NCBI GenBank assembly: GCA_019454875.1
Contig: JACFNL010000008.1
Span: forward strand, 1,567 to 65,566
Direction: 5' to 3'
Length of the DNA: 64,000 bases
Origin: Candidatus Cloacimonadota bacterium
GTDB taxonomy: Bacteria; Muiribacteriota; UBA6191
The notes under the pieces: generated by a model
The model's database searches: none
What the model was told of the DNA's origin: nothing
What the model saw: only the letters and a program-made list of their open reading frames with translations
Position numbers and translations under genes: made by a program
Shown here: positions 50,901 to 58,231 of the stretch, piece after piece
Position numbering within the stretch: the first letter of the stretch is position 1
Layout of the letters: each line of letters begins with the position of its first letter

Positions 50901-51036
50901 CCAGGGACTGCTGATAGTTATCCCAGGCCAAACGACAAAGTACCAGAACAGGAAGACCCACGGCGGCCAGGAAAAAAATCTGAAATGTCCTGGCTAAGCT
51001 TTTTTTGGGCCCTGGATTCACTTCAGCATTGTTCAT
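47950..51036 (-). CDS. paralogous membrane sensor phosphatase (TM, extracytoplasmic domain, TM, HAMP, GAF-like, PP2C)
   Basis: Same layout as 44775..47963: TIADVSGKGIG, LYTDGVTELENQDLELYGNERF; HAMP after TM GTILFVLAALLAVAGMGTLI. Confidence 0.8.
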   Translation of the reverse strand: MNNAEVNPGPKKSLARTFQIFFLAAVGLPVLVLCRLAWDNYQQSLDLRTREELDQHLLILSGWHASYFHYKGYLRSLAENYFDRMNSKVPGATDPNLWFNRSKRFLEYLEKENPPQKTRYMGAYASYRTLYNRMIARAISTDPSQHDDFKSPIKVQIYVLEKSFSRNKDKKALFYEDLFLDTPSREGVDLENEQERNEWLRRAGLMRTFDYLPVHMAINPRSSMMALIWDEFTGIVRDIMRGMVFGLDMALTEQAAFENLVKIPILESRKRWLLVRFFSKEMELYWRSLPEDFDYQAYRNSEVEAMDAICLAVLDMTDVRETFWKAFKSGEFPEGMQSIAGMDTEFLNQSIDTKSIKDHLQKKGFLSLGLIRHLLEEKKMWFYALSLNSLQEGREGSVQSAFTPDGVLIDGDLSSKEIPKDFLNFHSSDFRIQKLMRVLNPKTGQYYLNREAFRDYAIAEVLARESDPQAREIIFQKMQACSDGMLLAHLLPVLKTSLQFTFVHPSDQKEWMGTLHPTEDFPNQAYLTLQSSEPLKEVLKRDAIGTILFVLAALLAVAGMGTLISKKVIRPILNLNEGIRALAQGNYEKKVELDSDNELGKLGWHFNRMAANIEDKLFQMNLIRELNHMMNTGVSRNEIMKHLVDVIHHRLGPRASLLSFVSGELSAMPQDYVGAGIDSGMDFLAGFRQEILNLYVPDNLRNSEKIRQAVVLPQDIRQKYFPDSQKAALLFTREKIKDQDGVMTGLFLILDPDTEFEPVMVQSLFEQARSVFHKSLLEEIKADAEKGWEIQESLMPNQVPDSRGILDIGSSFVAARGLAGDYYDFLVWPDKLGFTIADVSGKGIGPSLFGATSRAIMRVVSSDATQAGSHLTELNKGLCYKKTSSLFLTMFYCVIDLKTLNMEYASAGHNKMYLMRADGSIEELSAKGLPCGLFDGGKYETKNIQLFLGDSLILYTDGVTELENQDLELYGNERFIDFCKKNQSLSASEFVKELEQELADFRNGILLSDDVTFIIVKVLKQEQELASV

Positions 51037-51037
51037 A

Positions 51038-51586
51038 TTACTTAAGCTTTGGAGCTGGCTTCAGATTCTGAACAAGGCCCGTCTGTTCAATGACAGTCAG
51101 ATCATCACGGATCTGCCGGAACTGTTTTTTGGAAAAATGATCCACAAACAGCTTTCCATCCAGATGATCCAGTTCGTGCAAAAAGCAGCGGGCCCATAAT
51201 CCATCCCGCTCCCTGACAATCTCTTTGCCTTTTTCATCCAGATACCGAACCTTGATCCAGTTGGATCGAACCACATCCATATACATTTTTGGAAAAGAAA
51301 GGCAGCCTTCATTAAAAGTACTAACCCCCCGTACTTCAAGAACTTCGGGGTTGATGATTCTTTCAAAAACTCCTTCATCCACATTCATAACAAACATGCG
51401 CAGGGCATAACCAACCTGGGGGGCAGCCAGACCAATACCTGGGGCCAGAATCATGGTTTCAATCATCTCTTCTAAAAGATCAAGAATGGACTGATTAATT
51501 TCTGTAACAGGTAATGCCTTGTCTCGAAGTATATTTGCACCAAATTTATAAATTTCCATTTGCAGTAGTTTAACACTGGAGTACAA
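51038..51586 (-). CDS. def: peptide deformylase
   Basis: GIGLAAPQVG, EGCLSFP, HELDHLDG: the three Def motifs. Confidence 0.9.
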   Translation of the reverse strand: MYSSVKLLQMEIYKFGANILRDKALPVTEINQSILDLLEEMIETMILAPGIGLAAPQVGYALRMFVMNVDEGVFERIINPEVLEVRGVSTFNEGCLSFPKMYMDVVRSNWIKVRYLDEKGKEIVRERDGLWARCFLHELDHLDGKLFVDHFSKKQFRQIRDDLTVIEQTGLVQNLKPAPKLK

Positions 51587-51595
51587 TCGCAGCCC

Positions 51596-52837
51596 ATGAT
51601 TTTTGTAGTGCTTTTTCTGATTTTCTGGTTTGCCGTATGGATCTGGTTAAAACCAAGGTTTATTGATGTAACCATTATTGCCACCGTACCAGACTATACC
51701 CCTAAGGACAGGCTAAGATTAGTTGGGGATATCGACTCGCTGGGTAACTGGCAGAATCACTCCCATGCCCTGATGCCTATTGAAGATAATACTTACAAAA
51801 CCCAGCTGCGACTTAAGGAAGGTGTCAGGGTCCGTTGTAAATTTTCTCTGGGAGACTGGGGAACAGTCCAGAAGGATCGGCATTTTGCGGATATTGCCGA
51901 TTTAGAGTTCGTTGTGAGTAAAAATAAGCCCCTGCTACAGTTTGTTATAGAAAATTTTGCCGGTTTTGAGCCCCAGATTCAAAAGGCATCCCTCACCGGT
52001 CAATTTGAATACCTGCACAGGTTCCAAAGTAATATACTAAAAAATGAACGCACCATCATGATCTGGCTGCCTCCCAACTACGCTCTGCGCCCCTCCCATC
52101 GTTTTCCGGTTTTGTATATGCATGACGGCAATAACCTGTTTGATGCCAGGACGGCTTTTGGCGGGGTTGAATGGGGAGTGGATGAGGCTGCATCCAAACT
52201 CATTTTTCATGGGTTGATGGAGGAAATCATCATTGTAGGTATTTACAACACCATGGGCCGTATGGAGGAATACACCCCAACGGTTTCCAAAAGGCATGGA
52301 GGGGGAGACGGGCGCAAGTATCTGGAGTTTATTACCCAGGAATTGATGCCGGTGATAAACCAGAGATTTCGCACCAATACCGATCCACAAAAAACCGGAA
52401 TCATGGGATCCAGTCTTGGAGGTCTTATATCTCTGTGGGCCGGTTTTGCCTTTCCTCATCATTTTGGCCTAATAGGTGCAGTCTCTCCCTCTTTATGGTG
52501 GGATGACAAATACATGCAAAAGACCTTTATCCCTTCCCAGAACAAGTTAAATCATAAAATATGGATGGATATGGGAAGTCTCGAGGGCATGGGACGGGAT
52601 GGAGTGTCTTATGCCATGAAAGATACACAGGAAATGAAATTGTGCCTCAATACATTAGGGTATAATTCCACAGACAGCCTTTTTTACTTTGAGCATCTTG
52701 GGGCATACCATAATGAGGCATCCTGGGCTGCCAGAATCCATATGCCCCTTCTGTATTTTTATGGAATTGGCAATCCCCCGATACAGCTTGAAAAAAATTG
52801 GGAGAACGCAGCCTCAGCCCCAGCAAAAATCCATTGA
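51596..52837 (+). CDS. esterase (PF00756-type alpha/beta hydrolase) with N-terminal CBM20/25-like starch-binding-type domain
   Basis: N-terminal LRLVGDIDSLGNWQ...WGT beta-sandwich pattern; then IWLPPNY...PVLYMHDG, MGSSLGG nucleophile elbow (G-x-S-x-G). Confidence 0.65.
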   Translation: MIFVVLFLIFWFAVWIWLKPRFIDVTIIATVPDYTPKDRLRLVGDIDSLGNWQNHSHALMPIEDNTYKTQLRLKEGVRVRCKFSLGDWGTVQKDRHFADIADLEFVVSKNKPLLQFVIENFAGFEPQIQKASLTGQFEYLHRFQSNILKNERTIMIWLPPNYALRPSHRFPVLYMHDGNNLFDARTAFGGVEWGVDEAASKLIFHGLMEEIIIVGIYNTMGRMEEYTPTVSKRHGGGDGRKYLEFITQELMPVINQRFRTNTDPQKTGIMGSSLGGLISLWAGFAFPHHFGLIGAVSPSLWWDDKYMQKTFIPSQNKLNHKIWMDMGSLEGMGRDGVSYAMKDTQEMKLCLNTLGYNSTDSLFYFEHLGAYHNEASWAARIHMPLLYFYGIGNPPIQLEKNWENAASAPAKIH

Positions 52838-52869
52838 ACAAATTCATGCTTGTTTGATACCATTTTGGC

Positions 52870-53505
52870 ATGAAAAGTCTAGCCTCCTTTGTTTTATCCC
52901 TGATTCTTCTGTCAATATCCCATGCCAACCAGCCAGTCAAGTCAACTTCTGGCAAGTTTCAGGCCGGAACTTATATTGGGGGACAGCTTGTTCCAGTGAC
53001 CTATTCCTACACTGTGGAACAGGAACCCATTTTTCAGTCCAATCGCTTCCACATTCGCAAGGCAAAAATTATTGCTGTCACCGCCCCGAATCAGATTCGC
53101 GCTGAGGTGGCAGGTAGGGAACGGGACTTTACCCTGATAGGGCTGATGGACTTTTCCATGGGAATTAACGGGTCCTTAAGACAGTTTGTGATTCAAAGGA
53201 TGCAAAGGGAACTTCCTGGCCTTGAAGTGACTCTGTACCTTCCTAAAGATTTTAAACAGGAAGGATTAAGTGACACTCATGTATACATTCTTCACAAGGA
53301 AAAGCTGATTAACTATGAATTGTTGCAGCAGGGTCTTGGGATTCTTCCCGAAAATCAGGCTTTTTATGGCCCACTGCTGGAAGCTTTTGATACAGCCATG
53401 CGTGAGGCTGCCAACCAAAATCTGGGCATCTGGGGCACAAAACCCAATCATAAACAACTAAGTGATGAAGAGCTTTCAAAGCACGGGATTATTCGCGAAC
53501 CTTAA
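52870..53505 (+). CDS. secreted SNase (thermonuclease)-fold-like protein, possibly catalytically degenerate
   Basis: Signal peptide; C-terminal LLEAFDTAMREAANQNLGIWG resembles the SNase C-terminal helix (…A…A…LGLW). I could not confirm the catalytic Arg/Glu. Confidence 0.3.
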   Translation: MKSLASFVLSLILLSISHANQPVKSTSGKFQAGTYIGGQLVPVTYSYTVEQEPIFQSNRFHIRKAKIIAVTAPNQIRAEVAGRERDFTLIGLMDFSMGINGSLRQFVIQRMQRELPGLEVTLYLPKDFKQEGLSDTHVYILHKEKLINYELLQQGLGILPENQAFYGPLLEAFDTAMREAANQNLGIWGTKPNHKQLSDEELSKHGIIREP

Positions 53506-53997
53506 ATTCAAATCACAGACTTCCTGGCTGGAACCAAGGCGAAGATAAATAGAATCTTTTGTATTACTTAACCTGCCTGTACCACTAACATTAGGTTTTA
53601 ATCCTAATTGGCCTTTGGTTAATAAAACCCCATTATCATCCTGGATTGTCAGACGGATTTCCTCTGAAATGGTTTGGGGGCTCCCTTCCAGAAACTCTTT
53701 TGCCTCACACACTGATTCTTCAGCTTTATAATCACAACAACTCTGATGACTCATACCGCCATACAAAGACATAGGGCCTGCAATGGCAGATAACTCAAGT
53801 TTAACGGGACAGATTCGTCTTTGAAAAGAACAATGTATTACACCGGTTAACTCGGTCTGATTATAACTGGCATAAAATGGACTGACCCGATTGTAAAAGC
53901 TAGGCATATTAGTATCATGGTGTTCATCGGTATTATCAGTGGCACAGCCACAAAATAGAATCAGAATCAGGGTCTGCATTACTCGTTGCATGCCCAT
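53476..53997 (-). CDS. lipoprotein, hypothetical (173 aa)
   Basis: Lipobox LILILFCGCATD; 30-bp convergent overlap with the preceding gene. Confidence 0.4.
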   Translation of the reverse strand: MGMQRVMQTLILILFCGCATDNTDEHHDTNMPSFYNRVSPFYASYNQTELTGVIHCSFQRRICPVKLELSAIAGPMSLYGGMSHQSCCDYKAEESVCEAKEFLEGSPQTISEEIRLTIQDDNGVLLTKGQLGLKPNVSGTGRLSNTKDSIYLRLGSSQEVCDLNLRFANNPVL

Positions 53998-54076
53998 ACA
54001 CTCGGCAGATGTTTCTACTCCATGCAGGCAAAGCCAACCGATCTAAAAACAAAGAAGGGTATCAGAAACAAGTTAC

Positions 54077-54628
54077 TTAAGGTTGAAACAGATTTTGTGA
54101 ACCTGAAGCATTTAACATCTGAAATAGACCTTCCATCTGTTTTATCTGCGATTCCATACCGGAAGCATTATTGGATGATGGAGCAAGCATCCGTAGACCT
54201 TCCAGAAGCTGTTTCTGAAAATCCGTGCTTTTCATTTGTTGCATCAGCTGCTGTACCTGGGGATTCTGATTTAATTCCATAAGTTTTGAAGAGTCAATGT
54301 TTTGTCCCTGAAGATTCAACAGACTTCCCACTGAATCAGAACCCATCATCTGCTGTAGACCCTGCATAAAATTTGCCGTACTGATGGCATTGGGACCGCT
54401 GGAAGGTGCTGAGAATATACCCTTGGGTGCCGGTCTGCCGTGAGTTGGGATATTACTGGTTCCTCTTCTGGCAGGAGCTTCCATATAAGCCTTCTTCGGC
54501 AACTGTTTTCCACAGGAATAACAAAAATTATAAGACTCCTCGTTTTGTGTACCACAATGTGGGCAGTACATGGAAAAAAGCTGAGTGGAAAACAAAAAAT
54601 TCAGACAAACAACAAGGATCATTTTCAT
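54077..54628 (-). CDS. membrane/secreted zinc-ribbon protein with Gln/Met-rich low-complexity tail
   Basis: Hydrophobic N-terminus, then CPHCG...(11 aa)...CYSCG double CxxC, then Q/M-rich region (QQLMQQMK...). Confidence 0.4.
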   Translation of the reverse strand: MKMILVVCLNFLFSTQLFSMYCPHCGTQNEESYNFCYSCGKQLPKKAYMEAPARRGTSNIPTHGRPAPKGIFSAPSSGPNAISTANFMQGLQQMMGSDSVGSLLNLQGQNIDSSKLMELNQNPQVQQLMQQMKSTDFQKQLLEGLRMLAPSSNNASGMESQIKQMEGLFQMLNASGSQNLFQP

Positions 54629-55662
54629 CAGGAAACCGCCAGTTCAGCCTGAAGCCTTATCTGGGCTGCTTCCAGATCGGCCTGATACAATTCCTCAGAC
54701 CGAACGGACTGTAACAGCCAGCGAATACTGTTTAACTCTTCCAGATTGGCCACCTGAAGCACCATCTGATGAATCAGATGAAGGGCCCGTTTATCATCCT
54801 GTGAATATAAAAGGCGGGCGGCTCCGGTACGAACCCGTGGATCCCTGTCTCTTAAGGCTGCCTGAGCCATACCTAAAATCATATTGCGGTAGCCATCACT
54901 GGCCGCCCATCTCCAAAGACCTTCCAGGGTATTGGAGCGCACTCTGGCATCCTCGTGTTCCATCAAACCATGAACCAGCATAGGCACTCTGGTGTTCTCA
55001 CCGAGTCTTTCATGAAAAACCAGAGGCAACAAACGGGCTAGTCTCGAAAGCACAAAACGATCCTGTTCCACAGCCAGGGCCTGTAATCCCCACTGAACCA
55101 AAGACTCTGCCCTGTCCTTCTGGCTCTCTACCCCGGATAACCATCGAAGTTTTGACTTGGAAGACATCTCCATAAAGGTACTGTACTCCAAGGCACCAAG
55201 AAGCCCTGAGGCTTCCCCGTCCATGTCGCGCTTCTGATCCAGTACATCCAGCCGTTTGCGGCATGCCGAACGAATCCTGGAATCACGGGAATCTATCTGG
55301 CTTTCCAGCCACTCATAAATTGTACTATGTTCCGGCAAAACCCAGTCCAGGCAAAGATCAAGAAGCATCAGCTTCTGATCGGGATTTCTGTCCCCAATCA
55401 ACTCCCAGGCCAAAGAAGATTCATCAAAAAAATCAGCTACAGTGACGGAACCATTGTGAAGAATTTCACCAAGAAGGCCATAACAATGACGGGACCAGGT
55501 TTCATATTCCGATTCCAGCATTTCTGTGAACAAAAACCGGGCAAAACGGACTGGATCAGGACCGGGGCCTTTTTGAGAAGATACAAAGTCTTCAAGGAAA
55601 CGGATTTTTTCCGGCACTTCCTCAAGGCTGCTTACCTTATATTTATCAAAATCACTTCTCAT
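54628..55662 (-). CDS. HEAT (PBS-lyase-type) repeat protein (344 aa)
   Basis: Repeated EDARVRSNTLEGL / DRDPRVRTGAARLL units. Confidence 0.5.
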   Translation of the reverse strand: MRSDFDKYKVSSLEEVPEKIRFLEDFVSSQKGPGPDPVRFARFLFTEMLESEYETWSRHCYGLLGEILHNGSVTVADFFDESSLAWELIGDRNPDQKLMLLDLCLDWVLPEHSTIYEWLESQIDSRDSRIRSACRKRLDVLDQKRDMDGEASGLLGALEYSTFMEMSSKSKLRWLSGVESQKDRAESLVQWGLQALAVEQDRFVLSRLARLLPLVFHERLGENTRVPMLVHGLMEHEDARVRSNTLEGLWRWAASDGYRNMILGMAQAALRDRDPRVRTGAARLLYSQDDKRALHLIHQMVLQVANLEELNSIRWLLQSVRSEELYQADLEAAQIRLQAELAVS

Positions 55663-55692
55663 TTTTTTGTTCCTGTATTTAATTAGTATAAC

Positions 55693-56328
55693 CTAGAATT
55701 GCATTTGTTGCAGGGGCTTTTCAAAATGATGATAGTCCTGAATCTGCTTCCAGTTACCACCCCAAACCCACCCTTGATCCAAAAATGCTTCGACCACTGG
55801 ATGTTTAAGCGACAGAGTACCTAATCTTTCAGGGATGTATTTTCCCTCAGAGGGTTCCATGCCATGGGCGGTAAAACAGGGATTCCATAAAGGGTTAATA
55901 TCAACAGCCATACCAAGGGCATGCCAGGACAGGCGATTTGTACCCGCTATGAAGCGATAGTTAAACCCACTGCTGTTATTCATACGCATAGAAATTGCAT
56001 CAGAGGGTCTTCCTCCACTAAAAAATGCAGGATCAGACACAGGTCTTATCATGGCAACAGGAAAATGGTTTTGCAGCATAAATTCAAACAGACCCAAAAG
56101 TTCCTGGGCCAGATCCTTATGTATCACAATCTGCCCGGTGCGCTTCTCTCCTTGAGAATCCAGATGATCTACATCAAGTAACACCAGGGTTTGCAAAATC
56201 TCTGGGGGACAGAGAGGGTCTGTCCCAAACAAAACGGCAGACTCCCATTCCATCAAGGGTTTTTCTAAGAGGGAATCACCAGTAGTTTTCGTAGTGAATG
56301 TTGCCATGTTTTTTAGGTTCATCGACAA
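55693..56328 (-). CDS. peptidase M15 (VanY / D-Ala-D-Ala carboxypeptidase-like)
   Basis: SWHALGMAVDINP matches the M15 S-x-H-x-x-G-x-A-x-D zinc-binding motif. Confidence 0.6.
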   Translation of the reverse strand: MSMNLKNMATFTTKTTGDSLLEKPLMEWESAVLFGTDPLCPPEILQTLVLLDVDHLDSQGEKRTGQIVIHKDLAQELLGLFEFMLQNHFPVAMIRPVSDPAFFSGGRPSDAISMRMNNSSGFNYRFIAGTNRLSWHALGMAVDINPLWNPCFTAHGMEPSEGKYIPERLGTLSLKHPVVEAFLDQGWVWGGNWKQIQDYHHFEKPLQQMQF

Positions 56329-57169
56329 TAAACCCCATCTTCACAAGCATCTCCACAACTCCGCCCTGGGTGGGATATTCCCACAACCCCAATTCTCGAT
56401 TCTTTTTTGGGGCTCCAACCATAGACGGGTTACCACACAAAAATACATGGGTTGTTTCTGGCTTCAAGTCAAATCCAGCCATGTCCATAAGCAGATTCTG
56501 TGATATTAAATCCTGAATATAAAGCTTTTTTTGATTCGGCTCACGAGTCGATAGTGCCAGGGTTTTATAACCTTTATAAAGCGATTCAAGTTCCTTGTGT
56601 GTTTCAAAATAACAGTGATCCTCCTGCCTGCGACTACAGGTAACATGTAAAATTTTTCCCTGGTAGCCGTTAGCAAGCAGAAAACGGATCATAGAGTTAT
56701 GCGGGGCCTCTCCTGTACCTGTTGAGGCAAAAAGAATCTGATCTGGTAACACTCCATTTAGTAAATCCAGAGTGTAGTGTCCCATGGCCTTTTCTGAGAT
56801 AAATATCCTCTCTCCACCCTTTAGATAAAAAAGCCTTGGAGTTAATGCCGGAGCTGGATTTTCTGAAGTCGGCTCAACTAATGCCACATAAAACTCCAGA
56901 TGTTTAGGCAATGACTCTACAAGTTTTGATTCAATCAGAATTGGATCAGAGAGGGAATATGGTCTTTTACACAGTCTTGATTCCTGATTTTCCTTAAGAG
57001 TCTCTGTGCCGGAGCCCATTATTCGTGGCTCCCAGTACCCAAGACCTAAGGTAAAATACTGGCCAGGTTTGTAAGGAGGGATCTCCTTATCAGGTTTCAC
57101 CCTAAGTATCAGCAGATTTTTTTGTGGATACCTTGCAGATAAGACAGTTGCATTGTACAAATCACTCAT
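56276..57169 (-). CDS. fpr: ferredoxin--NADP+ reductase (Fpr-type)
   Basis: RPYSLSD (RxYS FAD motif), STGTGEAP (NADP motif), FLCGNPSMV, C-terminal aromatic ...YENYW. Confidence 0.7.
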   Translation of the reverse strand: MSDLYNATVLSARYPQKNLLILRVKPDKEIPPYKPGQYFTLGLGYWEPRIMGSGTETLKENQESRLCKRPYSLSDPILIESKLVESLPKHLEFYVALVEPTSENPAPALTPRLFYLKGGERIFISEKAMGHYTLDLLNGVLPDQILFASTGTGEAPHNSMIRFLLANGYQGKILHVTCSRRQEDHCYFETHKELESLYKGYKTLALSTREPNQKKLYIQDLISQNLLMDMAGFDLKPETTHVFLCGNPSMVGAPKKNRELGLWEYPTQGGVVEMLVKMGFIVDEPKKHGNIHYENYW

Positions 57170-57178
57170 CTTATTTCC

Positions 57179-57769
57179 TCAGGTCTGTGGTACATCAATC
57201 CTTAAAAGCATATTGGTGTAGCGGGGATATACGGTAACTAAAGCTACCATTGGACGGATTTCCTGTTTGCCCTCAACAGTTTTAGTCTGAACCGTATCAA
57301 AATATTCTATGGTTATGTCAATTCGGTGTTTCTGGGTAAGAATTTGCTGATCTACCTGATTTGAACCCGTATAAAAACCCAAAATCTGGGTCTGACCCCC
57401 AAGAAAAATTCCCTGTCTGATAATGCTGTCCCCATCCCGTTCCACAAATGCGATGGCCTTTTTTTCCCGAACATAACTATATTCCACAGAATAGTTCTGA
57501 TGGCCAAACTGCTCGCCCATCAGGATGCGGATGGCCTCGGTCTGGGTATTGCTCTCAGGAATCACGACCCCAATGGCTGACTTGAGCTCCTGGCGAATTT
57601 TTGTACTTAGAAGTCTTACTGCCTGCTGCCCTTGAGACTTCTGAATCACCTTGATCAGCCGGTTCTGATAGGTACCATACATCAGATAAAAAACACTTAA
57701 AATAAACATGGCGATGGCAAAGGCAATCAGCATTTCAATCAGGGTAAATGCACCTCGTTTTTTTAACAT
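57179..57769 (-). CDS. prepilin-type (pseudopilin) protein, 196 aa
   Basis: MLKKRGAFTLIEMLIAFAIAMFIL: N-terminal methylation/cleavage motif with an extra Ala before FTLIE. Confidence 0.65.
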   Translation of the reverse strand: MLKKRGAFTLIEMLIAFAIAMFILSVFYLMYGTYQNRLIKVIQKSQGQQAVRLLSTKIRQELKSAIGVVIPESNTQTEAIRILMGEQFGHQNYSVEYSYVREKKAIAFVERDGDSIIRQGIFLGGQTQILGFYTGSNQVDQQILTQKHRIDITIEYFDTVQTKTVEGKQEIRPMVALVTVYPRYTNMLLRIDVPQT

Positions 57770-58231
57770 TTAATCTGCCCTGCTATCCGTAATCATGGAA
57801 CTGACCGTGATGGATTCTTCCCCGCCCATGACATTTTTCCACATTACCTGAATTGCCACTAGCCTGAGTTTAGAAGGTGCTGCTGGATTGCGATCATTCT
57901 CAGGGCGAATTTCACTGATGGCAATACCAATTAAAAACTTGTCCTCGTACTGGTTAAAAAAAGGCAAATTTCTTCTCAAATTACTTGCTACCATCTGTCT
58001 GATTTCCGGGACACTGTAGTACTGATCTGGTGGCCGAGGCGGAATTACGGCAAACTCCACACCACGAATTGCTTCAATGAGATCGGCCGCTGCCAGAATG
58101 GCTGTAGTGCGCTCAGCACCCTTGTAAACTCCTTTGGTGCCAGAATCCATAAGGCGAAGAATCGGGGTCACCAACAGGGTGGCTATGGTAATCGTGGCCA
58201 GAATTTCAATTAAGGTGAACCCTTTTCTCAC
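57770..58231 (-). CDS. GspG-like major pseudopilin, 153 aa
   Basis: MRKGFTLIEILATITIATLLV classic prepilin motif (G|FTLIE, Glu+5). Confidence 0.7.
   Translation of the reverse strand: MRKGFTLIEILATITIATLLVTPILRLMDSGTKGVYKGAERTTAILAAADLIEAIRGVEFAVIPPRPPDQYYSVPEIRQMVASNLRRNLPFFNQYEDKFLIGIAISEIRPENDRNPAAPSKLRLVAIQVMWKNVMGGEESITVSSMITDSRAD

Noticed and set aside
51586-51596. Only a 9-bp gap between the divergent def and esterase start codons
   Set aside because: Considered a possible mis-annotated start. The esterase N-terminus is a plausible signal anchor, so the start is kept, but the promoters must lie inside the neighbouring coding sequences. This was not elevated to a finding.
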